Of a stretch of 64,000 nucleotides of DNA, positions 1 through 13,355 are shown one piece after another. How positions within the stretch are numbered: position 1 is the stretch's first letter; every line of letters starts with the position of its first letter. The notes under the pieces were generated by a model. That model was given only the letters and a program-made list of their open reading frames with translations, was not told the origin of the DNA and ran no database searches. Made by a program: the position numbers and the translations under genes. Source of the DNA: Octopus sinensis (taxonomy: Eukaryota); the NCBI RefSeq assembly GCF_006345805.1, contig NC_043002.1, positions 1,302,001 to 1,366,000 on the forward strand, read 5' to 3'.

Positions 1-1065
1 ACATAGATGAAAGAATGAGCGTATATGAGCAGAGGACAATGCATGGATATGTTAGTAGAAAGATCCGAGATGATAGTAACATCGATCATCAAAGCAGTTT
101 ATTATGGATCAACAACCGGGTTACTAACTCCCACTTTGAAAGGTATGCTTTTGAAATCCAGGAACTGGAAATATCAGCCAAATACCTGATGCACAAAAGG
201 GAAAGAGATGCTGGAAAAGCAGTAAAATGTGACAACCGATGCAGACTTTGTGGAGATAACACCGAAGATAACACCGACGTCATAAGCAGTTGTCCGAAAA
301 TGCCATCACAGTATTATCTACTGATGAGACATAATGCTATAGCTAGGGCACTGTATAATGAAATCCGTCGGAAGGATAACCCCGAGGACAAAGAAACAAG
401 AACCCACAGTATGGTAGAAGACATAGCCACTCATGATAAAAAGGAATACTGGTGGAATGTCCCAGTGAAGACCTCAATAAGCACAATAGAACTGATATAA
501 TGCTTTGGGATAGAGAAAAGAATATGTGTACAGTTGTAGAAATGAGCTGCGCAGCAGATGTTAACATAAAACTGAAGATCAATGTAAAAGAGAATACATA
601 CGTTGAACTATTGAGAAGTATACAGTAACTCTATCTAGATTATAACTTCGGATTTATACCTGTAATTACTGGAGCACTGGGATATGTAGCACACTGCCTA
701 AATACCAATCTTGAGAAATTAGGCTTTATCCAATACATCACTGGAACTCTAAAATTCTGTAAAAATTTCCGTAACTTTATCCTTTAAGTATTTATGAGCA
801 TGTCTAGATATGTACGTATATGCATGAGAAGACATACATAAAGCAAAACATACAAATTTGCAAGTATACATACATACATACATACATACTACATACATAC
901 ATACATACATACATACATACATACATACATACATACATACATACAAAAAACCCTGTTGTTGAGGTTGAAATTTCAATTAGGGAACCTTGGATCTAGGTTA
1001 GAAACCGGTTCTTTCTCTATTGGTAAGAAAGCTTGAAATGAAACTGGACAATGATATACATACAT
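1..1065 (+). mobile_element. 3' part of R4/Dong-like non-LTR retrotransposon (lineage A), degraded
   Basis: ORF 15-500 has a CCHC-type knuckle remnant (CRLC...SSC...RH). Out-of-frame continuation gives DIMLWD..VVEMSC and IPVITGALG, typical of a restriction-like endonuclease. The 3' UTR contains (TACA)n and ends in tatacatacata. Confidence 0.8.
865..945. repeat. (TACA)n microsatellite
   Basis: Directly visible. Confidence 0.95.
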
Positions 1066-1213
1066 ATAGGCAGACAGAAAAGTAGATTTAGATCTCTATG
1101 TATGTAGGTGTGTGTGTGAATAGATACAAACGCATTCGATATATATTTTCTGTTTTCTTTTATTGAATGTCATGGTATTTTCTTTCGAGTTTTAGTTACT
1201 TATATTAATAATT

Positions 1214-1284
1214 ATACACACTCACCTACCAGCATATATGTACATATACACACACATACATAATACATACATATATATATACAC

Positions 1285-1317
<33 letters not shown>

Positions 1318-1364
1318 CATACATATATATATATATATACACACACACATACATATATATATAT

Positions 1365-1429
<65 letters not shown>

Positions 1430-1591
1430 TGTCTATATGCATATACGTATGATTGTATATTTGTATGTATATCTATGCATCTTTCTGTCTTCATATACAT
1501 ACATGCATACATATATGAATATATATACATATACATATGCATATATTTGTATATATGCATATATACATATGTATATATATGTATATATATA

Positions 1592-1635
<44 letters not shown>

Positions 1636-1690
1636 CCACACACACACATGCATATATGTATGTATATATATATGTTTGTGTGTGTGTGAT
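1214..1690. repeat. compound (TA)n/(CA)n/(TACA)n microsatellite
   Basis: Directly visible; it explains the YIYI-type ORFs. Confidence 0.95.
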
Positions 1691-2354
1691 ACAAAAACCT
1701 TGTCATATGAACAGAAGATATATTAATTCTGAATGATAAAATCAAATCAAGTGAAATATTTCAAACAAAGGAATAATGCTGCCAGAAGTGACACGTGTAT
1801 CTCAGACTTTCCTGACACTGACAGATGGACACCGAACAAAACATCAACACCTACTGCCATAATTCCTTTTGATAGCTGCAAATTATCAAGTGATTAAAAA
1901 AAATTTTATAAGTTATTTTTTTTCTATGTCATTTATATACTATCAGAACAACATCCGACTGTTTTATAAATGGAAGACAAATTCAAATGGAACAAAAATA
2001 TGTTTGAATCATTTTCACTTTATTTGTCAATTTAAGAAGGATATTTTCACCTGAAATGGGATGGAAAAAGATATCAACAATTACGTTTTCTTTAGAGTTT
2101 CTTAAAATCGATGCTGAGATATTTTTTATTCGTTTGTCTGAGAATGTTTCTTTTTATTCTCATTTACATAAATTCTCAAATTCCTCCTCGATAATTTGCA
2201 TGTCTGGGTTTGAAGGATAATTTCCTATCTAAGTAGAAGAATGCATCATTAGCGTTTAGAGGATAGCTTCAATAAAGTGTTGCATATCTCTTTCAAATGT
2301 TTTGCTCATTTCATTTTCTGCTCCCAAAATGATTATGTAAAATACAGTTCAAAG

Positions 2355-2539
2355 CGTTGGTCGTCAACCTTTATATTATCTGGGTCTGATAAAAAACCTG
2401 GAATTTTTAGTGGACCGCGCAACAGTAAAACACAAGTAAATTAATGAAAAATTTATAGAGGAAAGACCATCGAGAGCCGCTGGAAGGATGCTTGAGGGTC
2501 CAGGTATGCTGTCTTGGGAGCCGCGGTTGAGAACCGCTG
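2355..2539. mobile_element. possible hAT (Charlie/MER5-like) MITE
   Basis: Right end ggttgagaaccgctg (2525-2539) is the reverse complement of CAGCGGTTCTCAACC. Degenerate left end cgttggtcgtcaacc (2355-2369). No clean TSD. Confidence 0.4.
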
Positions 2540-2804
2540 CTTTAGATGCTACTTTTCTTTCAATACCTCGGCTTCTGTCCACCTTTAGTAATAAATGTGC
2601 CACTGATTATGGATGGATAAATTGAAGCTTCAAAATAGTTTCTCATAATTGTTTCTTTCTATGTCTCAGACATTTCCATCATTTTGGCACACGACCTCTA
2701 CAACACGATTTTTGTACTTACTGTTCAAAGCTTGGGTTTCAACTATGCAAAAGTTTCGATTGGAATGTTTTGCCAACATTTCTTGAGTTGGAATGTATTA
2801 TATT

Positions 2805-3380
<576 letters not shown>

Positions 3381-3772
3381 CACGCGCTGACGTATTTAAT
3401 AACAAGAGGAAGTACCAGATTACTTGGTCTCGTCGACTCGTAACATGTCGACATCAGACGTAAGAAGCCGAACTAAAGACGACTTTTAAAATTTTCTAAA
3501 AGGATTTATAGGAGGGAATATTTGGGGCTGTCATTGGTTAGTTCGGGACACAGGGATACTTTGGATAGGTAAGGGCAGCTATTCTTGCATTATATGTTCC
3601 AAGTTGTAGAGAAGGCAGGATGTTGGTGTAAGGCAGTCGGTGTTCTGTAGGATTTGTCAATTCAGTGTCATTTCAGATAACAGCCGGTTATCTTGCTACG
3701 TGGCCTGATAACCGGCTGCGTTTCGAGCAAGGCTTCATGGTGCTGGAAGTAGGCCATAGTGAGAATACTTAC

Positions 3773-3818
<46 letters not shown>

Positions 3819-4950
3819 TGCACGCAGACACTGAATTTGAAGTCCAGAATAGATTCCTGACAAATTTGAATTATATTCACCGGAACCATCGTAGTAGTGT
3901 ATGAACGGAATGCTGTGCCCTCGTGGATAAATTCTTCCCCCCTGGAAAAAGTAACAATGAGGGTGAATTGAAGTCAGATGTTAGACATTACTCTACTTAT
4001 GCTAGTAATCCTTAGTGAACGATGCTCACTTAGCAATGTAGAACGCGGGCAATCACTTTCTTTGTGCTAAATCGAATATTCCGATCGGCACCTGTAATTC
4101 TCCAGTCCTTTACCGATATCGATCTGTTTCTAGTTATAAGATTCTGATATTGCAGCAGGAAATTATTTCTCGGACAAAAGACAGCATAAAATGCAATATA
4201 AACAATCTTTGAATGGTGAAAAGAGTAACCATTCATAAACTTTTTTTTCGCTGTTAGCATTTGAATATTGTGATAGGGAAACATCTTTTCTATGCTTTTT
4301 TTCTTCGCTAAACACACAACACGAATTCTAAAAGTCGCAATCGTTAATTTGACATTTTGTTGGCCAATTGAGTATTCATTCACTAATCTATCGTAGTGGT
4401 GTATTTTCAGTTCCATCGACCTCGATCTATCACAGTGTCGTTGTAGATCATATTATGATTCTTGGTTACCGTTACGGAATCACGAATTTCTACAATTAGC
4501 TCAGCAGAGATCTTATAAGGAAGGGCTTGTATCAGTGCAAGTCGGAGTTGGTTTTGTTGTAGCCATAGCAGAAGCAGCAGCTATTGCACACTGTCAAAAT
4601 AAAACGATAACGCTGAAAGATTGCAAAATTTTCTTTTCCTGCACGATTTTAAACTACCTTAGCATGTTTCCAGTAATAAGATAACCTTTATAAACGGCCA
4701 TCGCTTCGAGGACGACAGTTTTCCAATGACATTTTGTTTTTTATAAATTGATCAAGAATTAATTCACCATATTTGCTGCACCTGTTTGTTTCAATTCGGT
4801 AAATTCGATAAACTATCCTTTATAAAACTCGTTATTTTCTTCCAATTAATATCAACAAAAGCAACTCTTATTGCTGTTTGCTGTCGATGTGTTTCATCTT
4901 CAACAAAACCAGTCATTGAGGACACACACACTCAAACAGGAATCTACTCA

Positions 4951-5121
4951 CCATCTACTCGCAATACCAGAGGGCGCACACTCTCCTACCCTGATGTAAT
5001 CTCCAGAGATACAGACATCCAACAACAGGACCTCCGTAATGCCATGATGGACCGTGAAGTCTGGCGTAGCATGGTAAATTCCATTGTCTCGACCACGGTC
5101 GAACAATGATGATGATGATGA
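4951..5121 (+). mobile_element. 5'-truncated RTE-type LINE 3' end
   Basis: Peptide RGRTLSYPDVISRD...AMMDREVWRSMV resembles the RTE C-terminal GR..W.D.I..D/DR..WR motif. The stop is followed by a (TGA)n tail. Confidence 0.75.
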
Positions 5122-5531
5122 GGAATGTTCTATCCAGATTTGTAGTGAAAGGCTGAAACCCTTAGTAGTTTATATTCACGCTACAAATGTATGATCTATG
5201 GTTCTTTTCTTCATCACTGAGATGTTCTTTGAATATAAAATCAAATTTAAAAAGAAATATTAAGCTTGTGAAATTTTCAAAATTACTTTCTATTGTTTAT
5301 CGCCACGCAATGCTAGGTTTTGTATTTATAAACTTAGACAATTCTATTGAGAACTCGCAGTTTGTTTTCGGTGATAATTTGATAATCCCTATGTCAAGGA
5401 TTCTTCGAGTTTCTAAAATATTTCTGTGTCCTTTTACTATCTAAAAATATATCAATCCCATTGTAAACCTTTTCTCCACGAGGCTCTGGTACAATTGTAT
5501 GTTTTTTGATACTTTTTCAAAGCCCAAATAT

Positions 5532-5762
5532 CTGTTTCTTTACTACCCACAAGGGGCTAAACATAGAGGGGACAAACAAGGACAGACAAACTGATTAAAT
5601 CGATTACATCGACCCCAGTGCGTAACTGGTACTTAATTTATCGACCCCGAAAGGATGAAAGGCAAAGTCGACCTCGGCGGAATTTGAACTCAGAAGGTAA
5701 CTCAGACGAAGTATCACTAAGCATTTCTCCCGGCGTGCTAACGTTTCTGCCAGCTTGCCACC
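5532..5762 (-). mobile_element. tRNA-derived SINE family 1, full length with TSD
   Basis: Minus strand has A-box-like (ctggcagaaacgttagc) and B-box-like (gagttcaaattcc) sequences. Perfect 17-bp TSD tttcaaagcccaaatat at 5515-5531 and 5763-5779. Multiple copies in the window. Confidence 0.9.
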
Positions 5763-7250
5763 TTTCAAAGCCCAAATATATTTGATGTGAAGCTGTTGTG
5801 TGGACGCCCCCAGACGACGAAATAGGCTCGCCTAATACGTAGATATAGAAGGAGAAGTCTAGACATCGTAGACTAGAACAATGGAGTAGACTAGAGCACA
5901 GTAGTAGACAAGCACAGTTGAGTAGCAGAGTAGCGGTGAGAGTTGGGTAGTGGAGGCATCCGAATGTGCGACATAACAGAAGCACAGATGTGTTTTCTAG
6001 TTTTCAATAATAAAATAGTTTTATGTTATGCTTCTTTGAAAGACAATTAAATATCCATTTATTCGATGGAAAATTAAGCGTCCGATGAAGTTGAAGCTAA
6101 TGGAAGCTACATAGCTCAAGAAATGACAAAAATCATTTGGATTTCTTTTTGTTATCAGCCCAAATCAACTAATTTTCTGTATTGGCAATTTTCGGTGAAT
6201 GGTCAAATTTCGTGAAAAACGAAATAAACACTCTCAATACGCGTCTACACTCGGATTCCATACATGCACACACACACACGCACACACACACACGCACACA
6301 CACACGCACACACACACACACACATTCACTCTCACTTCCTCACTCACGCAAGTAGATACATACACGTGTGGGTACAAATATGTACAAATAGTTAAAAATT
6401 CATTTATATTTCAGTAACCAAAAGTATGAAGGGAAGTTATATTGTTTCAATTATTAACAATGAACGAATATTAACATTGTCAATTCGTTTTGCAATTAAT
6501 ATTTAAATTGAAACATGAAGATAATTCCTTTAGCTGCTGTTTATCTACGATTGAGAAAATCTATGACAAAAAGCTTTTCCAAATATGATTGTCCCGCCTT
6601 TCATAAACAAAAATGCAAGCTGCTGCCCAGTTTAACGTCACCACCAGACCAGTGGCTGTCTTTAACGGGTAAAGACTCAGGTTTTCTCCAAGTCATCGAT
6701 AATTCCTTTTCTCACGTGATTCGGACTGCTAAATTTCTTAACTACATTATCCTTTCACACTTCTCAGTGGGATGCAGTGAACGCAATTAATCATTTATTT
6801 AAATTTTGCAAGAGCAATCAGTAGTAACACTTCTCTCGATTATCTTTGATTGTGAAGTATATCATCTCCGTATAGTTATGATTAACCCTCATTTTAAGGC
6901 AAAATTATGTTAAATTACAATATTCCTTTTCTGGTAATATTGCATTAATTTATGGCATTAATTAAGTCTATTTGTATTGTTGAAATTTGGATACTACAAC
7001 ACAATAATAGGCCCTATCGATTTAGTTTCATCATCGGAAACTTTAGTTCTTTAAAGATTGGAATATAAAACAAATGTCTTTACAAATGTTATGTTCATTG
7101 GAAATAAAATTCAGATGAAACGAAAAGGGAGCGTAGGCGTGGTTGCTCCAGCTGCTAGAAAAAGTAACAAAATCTTCCTCGAGTTACAATCATTTGAAAA
7201 AGGAAGAACACTTGAGAATTCAATAACATTATACAGATATATATCTGTAA

Positions 7251-7420
7251 AGGTGGTTAGGGTGTTGCACTCGTGATCGCCAGGTCGCGGGCTCGATTAC
7301 TGCGACGTGCTGTGTGTTTGAGCAAAACACTCCATTTCACATTTCCCTTCTCCACTCAGCTGCAAATAAGAACCCATGAAACGAATTAGCTTTCCGACCC
7401 AGGGGGAATCCTGGCCTACT
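7251..7420 (+). mobile_element. degenerate tRNA-derived SINE family 3
   Basis: tRNA-like head ggtggttagggtg...gggctcgatt followed by ttgagcaaaacactccatttcac; similar to 39699-39805. Confidence 0.5.
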
Positions 7421-7867
7421 CGCCTCGCCAGCTAAATCGAGGCTAAATCAATAAATCTAACAAAATATTCGATATTTTTTATCATAGAAAATTTGCATTA
7501 CGCAAGACCATCACGAGAAAACTTTGGTAAACATAATGGAACCGCTGTTAGTCTTGAGGATGAGCCTTGATAAATACTGACGACATTTAGGTTCCTCTGT
7601 CGGTTCCTTCTTTGGCAGATTATATTTAGTCAAGATTTCCCATGTTAACTTAAGTGCTGTATTATCTGATAAAAGTACATAATCAAGCAAGCAAGTTCAT
7701 GCTTTAGTATTTACCAAACAAATGCGTTCGATACAGAAACCAAATCGATCAAAACAGAGATGTACAGTGGTGCAGAAATTAAAATTTGAATCTAGAGGAG
7801 AGCAAACATTTACAAATGTTCTCTTTTATGATCACAGAGCAACTATCGATGATAATTTTTAATTAAA

Positions 7868-7906
<39 letters not shown>

Positions 7907-7919
7907 TATTAGCAGTATT

Positions 7920-8025
7920 AAGGCGGTGAGCTGGCAGAATCGTTAGCGCGCTGGGCAAAATGCTTTGTGGCATTTCGTCCGTCATTGCATTCGGAGTTCA
8001 AATTCCGCCGAGGTCAATTTTGCAT
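7920..8025 (+). mobile_element. SINE family 1, 5' half
   Basis: aaggcggtgagctggcagaatcgttagc...ggagttcaaattccgccgaggtc matches the reverse complement of the 57481-57710 copy. Confidence 0.8.
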
Positions 8026-8079
8026 GCACTGCTCTTTCACTCAACAATAAAAATAATAATGATAATAATAACAACAACA

Positions 8080-8672
8080 TAGCTCTAATACCCCTTACAA
8101 GTAAACTTGACAGAACTGAATGTGGGTATAAAACTGACAACAAGAAAATGCCCCAACTATTTTATATGGAAGACATAAAACACTATGGCAAAAAACAATA
8201 ATGTTCTTGAATGACTATTGTGTACAGTGGAAGCATTCAGGGATGAAATCGGGATGGAGTTTGGTCTTGAGAAATGTGCCAAAGCCATTTTGCAGAAAGG
8301 GAAATTGAAGCGTCAAATTCAGTTGCATTTGATGTTGGCATATTTATAAAACAACTTGAGCAAGAGCAAACCTACAAATATATATGAAGGCTTTGGAATT
8401 CAGCATGCAAGCATGAAAGATGAGGTCAGGAATGAACGTTGTAAGAGAGTTCGAGTAGTCCTGAAATCTGAGCTAAATGCGAATAGCATAGTGTTAGTCA
8501 TAAATTCCTTAGCAGTTCCAATTTTTTACTTATATCTGTGTTGAACTGGAATAACAGTGAAGTAAAGAAAAGTGGCAGAAAAATACGTGAGCTGCTGGCT
8601 TGTTATAAGATGCATCACCCAGAGGTAGACGTGGATCGCCTTTACCTTCCAAAATCCCAAGGAGGTCTAGGC
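8080..8672 (+). mobile_element. R4/Dong-like RT fragment (lineage B), degraded
   Basis: IALIPL..LFYMEDIK (YMDD remnant), GMEFGLEKCAK and DRLYLPKSQGGLGL. Homologous to 30158-31090. Preceded by an (AAT/AAC)n tract. Confidence 0.85.
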
Positions 8673-8679
8673 TTGACCC

Positions 8680-9180
8680 ATGCTTCAAAAACTCTGCGAG
8701 GAATTCTTGCAGTACCAAGCAATGCTGACTTTTCTAGGTGTTCTACCTCCACACTTGCACCAATCTCTTTCAGCCTTGTTGGTAGTTGCGTGCTGGTACT
8801 TTCAGGTGCACCAGTCACTATTCGCATCATGTCTACTCTCCTCATTGACCACATCCTTCCTATTTCTTACTCCAAATCGTCATAGTTGTTTATTTTTTTA
8901 TTTTTTAGTCACATTGATCCTGTTGTTAGCGGGGTACGCTATGTCGATTATCATATATGTTCTTTTATTTATTCACAACAACAACGTCCTGTTTCCGATG
9001 TCTGGCCATTGCATCCCACAGCACTTTGAAATTTTCATTCTCTGTGACTCCTTCTGGAGTTTTCTCATACCACGTCTTTGCTCTTTGTAGGCCGCGATTT
9101 CCACAGAGTTCGCAAAGGGTCATTCTTGCCACATCGTCATGGCGTCTTTCATATTTGCATTGTGCTACCGGTGTGCCATA
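8680..9180 (-). mobile_element. R4/Dong-like RLE fragment (lineage C)
   Basis: YERRHDDVAR, WYEKTPEGVTENENFKVLWD and LEKSALLGTARI. Homologous to 17350-17830. Confidence 0.85.
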
Positions 9181-9224
9181 CCGTTTTACCTCTCTCATTA
9201 TGATCATCATCATCAGTATGAAGA

Positions 9225-9385
9225 CTGTCAACTAGAAGAGTCTTTATCGCGTCGGACAAAATGCTTAAGGACGTTTCTTCTGACGCTTTGCGTTCTGAGT
9301 TTAAATGTTACCGAAATCAACTGTGTCTTTCATCTTTTGTGGATCGATAAAATAAGGGCCAGTGAAGTAGCGGGGTCGATGTAAC
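9225..9385 (+). mobile_element. degenerate SINE family 1
   Basis: ctttcatcttttgtggatcgataaaata...ggggtcgatgtaa matches the family 1 body. Confidence 0.6.
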
Positions 9386-9650
9386 CTTGTATCACACTTA
9401 CCCAAAAGTTTGGTCCTTCATCCTATAAAAGAAACAATTATCAATATTGTTGTGGTTGTCTTTCTTATTATTAAATATTCAGTTTATTTATATTGTTGAA
9501 ATAAAAATTTGAATTTGATAAGAGCAACCATTGTCAGCTAATCTATTACGAATAAACACACACACACACACACACATGTATGTATATATGTGTATGTATG
9601 TTAGTATGTATGTATGTATGTATGTATGTATGTATGTATGTATGTATATA

Positions 9651-9995
9651 AATGTAAATAATCAGAAAATGGAGAAACACATCGGTTGGACCACATCTAT
9701 AGCTTATTTTCTAATACAAATTGGTGACGGAACATATCTTACGGCCGTTTCTGATCCGTTGCCAAAATGCTGTGTATAAATAAATGCGAAAACAAAGTCC
9801 TTCATCTACATAGGACATTCGAATTGAGGCACTTATTTATAGACAGCATTTTGGCAACGGATCGGAAACAGCCGTAAGATATGACACGTCACCTATTTGT
9901 TATGTCATGCTTGTATTAAAAAACAAGCTATAAATGTGGTCCAATCAATGTGTTTGTTAATCTGAGGTTTTCTCTATTTTCTGATTATTTGCATT
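9651..9995. repeat. long imperfect inverted repeat (fold-back)
   Basis: Arms at about 9651-9787 and 9828-9995, e.g. gatccgttgccaaaatgctgt / acagcattttggcaacggatc. Confidence 0.9.
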
Positions 9996-10709
9996 GGTTT
10001 CTGATAAACTCTTGTTTATCCTGTTGTTACCTGTACTCTACGTGCATGGTGTGCCTGCACACCACTGCCCGGGGATAATAGGGTAACGGATACCGATAGC
10101 ATATACGGATGTTTTATCCCTTAGTCGGTTATTGTAACCGCTAACCCTTCACACACACAAACACACACACGTATAATTATGTGTGTGTTTGTGCGTGCAC
10201 GTATGTATGTAAGCGTGCATATTTGTGTGTGCGTGTGTGCGTCTGTGTGCGTGTCAATGTTTGTATCAGTGTCTATGTGTATATATTTCGAACAACATCA
10301 TAGATTGTGAGAACATGTATGATGCTCAAAAGCATAACTTACCAATTCAACTAACATCGGTTTTGGATCCTGTTTGTTTCTGATTGCCATCTTTGGAATA
10401 TCCTACTGACAGCATATTAACGACTTTGCATATTTACACACATTACATACGCCATACTGCGTGTGTATGTTTGTACATACACTCACTCAATATCACTCCC
10501 ATGTACAGCTTAATTTCTATGTACACCATTTGTTTTGTTTGTGTGAGAGCAGAAGAGAGGATGATAGTTACCATGTTATCCGGGGATGAATATTTATACG
10601 CACGCGTGGGCATGCATATTCATAGCGAGATAACATCGTAACATCATATGAACACACGCACCTGCACGCACGCGCCATCGGTGTTGACAACATATTCCTA
10701 CACGGACAC

Positions 10710-10823
10710 TCTCCCTCCCTCTGTTTCTGTCTCTGTTCTGTGTTTCTTCCTCATCTTCTCTTTCTTTCTTTCATTCTTTATATATACATATCTCTCTCTC
10801 TCTCTTACTCTCTCTCTCTCTTA

Positions 10824-10882
<59 letters not shown>

Positions 10883-10902
10883 TATATATATATATATTAT
10901 AT

Positions 10903-10952
<50 letters not shown>

Positions 10953-11211
10953 ATATATATGTATGTATATATATATAAAACCAATCTGATGATGGCTTAC
11001 CTGGCTAAAACTTCAAAGCTATTGTCAATAATATTGTTGTTAAAGCATTAGGTCTTTGTACTCTACCAAATGGTTGTAAATTTAATGTAAAGTGGTTTTA
11101 ATTATAACATAAAAACAAACAGTAATATATTTGTTTGTGTATGCATATATATGTAAATATATGTATATATATATACACATGCGTGTGTGTGTGTGTGTGT
11201 AAATATATATA

Positions 11212-11288
<77 letters not shown>

Positions 11289-11310
11289 ACACACACACAC
11301 ACATACGTAT
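10710..11310. repeat. (CT)n, (TA)n, (GT)n microsatellites flanking a short unique island
   Basis: Directly visible. Confidence 0.9.
10982..11024 (+). ncRNA. decayed minimal type-I hammerhead ribozyme motif
   Basis: caat-CUGAUGA-u-ggc..gcu-aAAA-cuucaaag-cu-auug. Stem I is intact; G12 and U16 are substituted. Confidence 0.45.
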
Positions 11311-11816
11311 GTATATCTATAACCTTCTCATAATTCAGGACTGCTAGTCATGAGGGCTGAACGTACAACTGATGTCAGAGCGAGTCCAGTTCCCAGCTAA
11401 CCTGCTTAATCTGCATTAAACTATTATTTTTTTCTTCTTAATCGAATGAGAATGTATCTGTAATAAGCGTTGCAATCGGTCTTTTTTTTCTGACTCTTTC
11501 TCTTCTCTCTCGCTAAACTTATACTTACTCTACACCTTCTAAACATTCGCTATATTTTATTTGTTTCTTGACAGTTAAGCATTTATTTGTTTACTTATTT
11601 CTATTCACTAAATGAATTATAATTCTAATCGGTGTATTTGATTCAACAAATTGCAAATTCCATCAACACAAACGTTTTTTTTTTTACGAAGCTTTCTTCC
11701 CAGTATAAAACCATTAGTTGCAGTAGTTGGTTGAATGTCTCACAAGTTGAAGAAGACGATAGGTAAAACCTGAAGTCCATGACAAATTGATCCTTCCATT
11801 ATATATATATATATAT

Positions 11817-11852
<36 letters not shown>

Positions 11853-13229
11853 TGGGAAATATAATAATATAATTACATTAAGTTAGGCACACAACTCATA
11901 TATTCAGCTTTCCTTTCTCATGAGATGAATATTCGCTTTTTCTCATATACACGATAAAATGGTTACCTATATATTATGATTCGAAATGCAGTTTCTTTCT
12001 CCTTTCCTATTTGAATATTCAAAATATGCACTTCAGTTACAACAATTATTGTAAGTAATATATTTAAGCGATTCTATAATTTTATAAAAAGGATAAATAT
12101 GTGCATGGAAATTTTTAAATTATAGGCCACTATTGAAAGCCGTTAAAAATTCACTGTTCGTTTATTACCAAGATAAATATTGAATATATAACTGAACATA
12201 CCTTTTGTATGCATGCACACATTTGGAAACGAATTATCTGAAAATGTTTCGTGCAAGAAATGTTGTTTTGATTTACATTCTCCTGTCCGATTTTATTTAC
12301 CACGCCTGAGGTTTCAAATGATTTAAATTCTCCAAATAAATTAAAATATATTTACTTTTGAATAAAATGGTAATATATTGCAATGCGTTAAAGCACATCT
12401 TCGTTTAATGCTCTGGTTGTACATACAGAGAATTTGATGTGAATTGAAAATAAAAATATATTTAGCTTGTTGAAACAGCTAATGCATATAAAACTTACAA
12501 GCAATAGCATTTAAAATGTGCCGATGCATAAAAGGAAAAGTTTAAAATGATTCAAATGTTTCGGGTTTATCTATTAAGTTAAAGGTTTATATATTCCATT
12601 GTGGTATACGCTTAAGCGTTGCCTCACTGCTGGCAACACCCACAAATTTATGGATATGAAAGGTTATATTTTCTTCCGAAATCTAATGATTAGGGGTTAT
12701 CCAAATTTTATTCCGAGCATATTTGCAGAAAACAAATGTATTAATTTAGTGACAGTATAAATGTGTAATGTTATGACAAGAATGGAGATCAATGGAAAGT
12801 AACATCAGTTAAGTTATTTGATATAAAAGGAAATCTGATCACACTAAAATAATTATATAGTGCAATATCTCTGATCAGTTATCAGATCCAGCAATTTCTG
12901 TGAGTCTCACATCTCTTTATATCGTTATATACTTCTTCATTTCATCCCAACATATTAATCGAATAGCGGCTGCAGTATTCTATATAATACGTTGTAGAAA
13001 TAGAACGCATTCAAAATATCAACTGCATTGATTGTAAACCTATCTCGTATGTAGAGCAGTTTATTAGGGAGGAGAAAAAGAAGTCAATAAAGCCAAAAGA
13101 TCAAATAATAATAAAGTTTATGTGATATCGCATCAATGAAAGATTACTCCGAAGGGTTTGTGGTTTAAATCAAGCAGGAAGGGAGGAGTGAGAAATGATG
13201 TCAGCAGTATTATAAGACAACAAATTGAT

Positions 13230-13355
13230 ATGCGCGGGATGGAGTCGATTGAATCATCGCTTTCATATATTTACTGAGACTTATTATATTTTATGACCAT
13301 CACTCCTCTCAGAGATAAAAGAAAAAGTTAAACACCACCGCATTTCAACTTAGAA
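13230..13355 (-). mobile_element. very old SINE family 1-like remnant
   Basis: gagtcgattgaatc...agagataaaagaaaaagttaaac...catttcaacttagaa loosely follows the family 1 order. Confidence 0.35.

Noticed and set aside
4030-4800. Possible hAT or Helitron remnant
   Set aside because: Only vague peptide resemblance; no diagnostic motif can be read.
5785-6035. Possible solo LTR
   Set aside because: No second copy, clear TG..CA ends or TSD.
9830-9890. Hammerhead in the 9.7-kb fold-back
   Set aside because: GAAA, a palindrome and UA are present, but there is no CUGANGA-like core or stem II.
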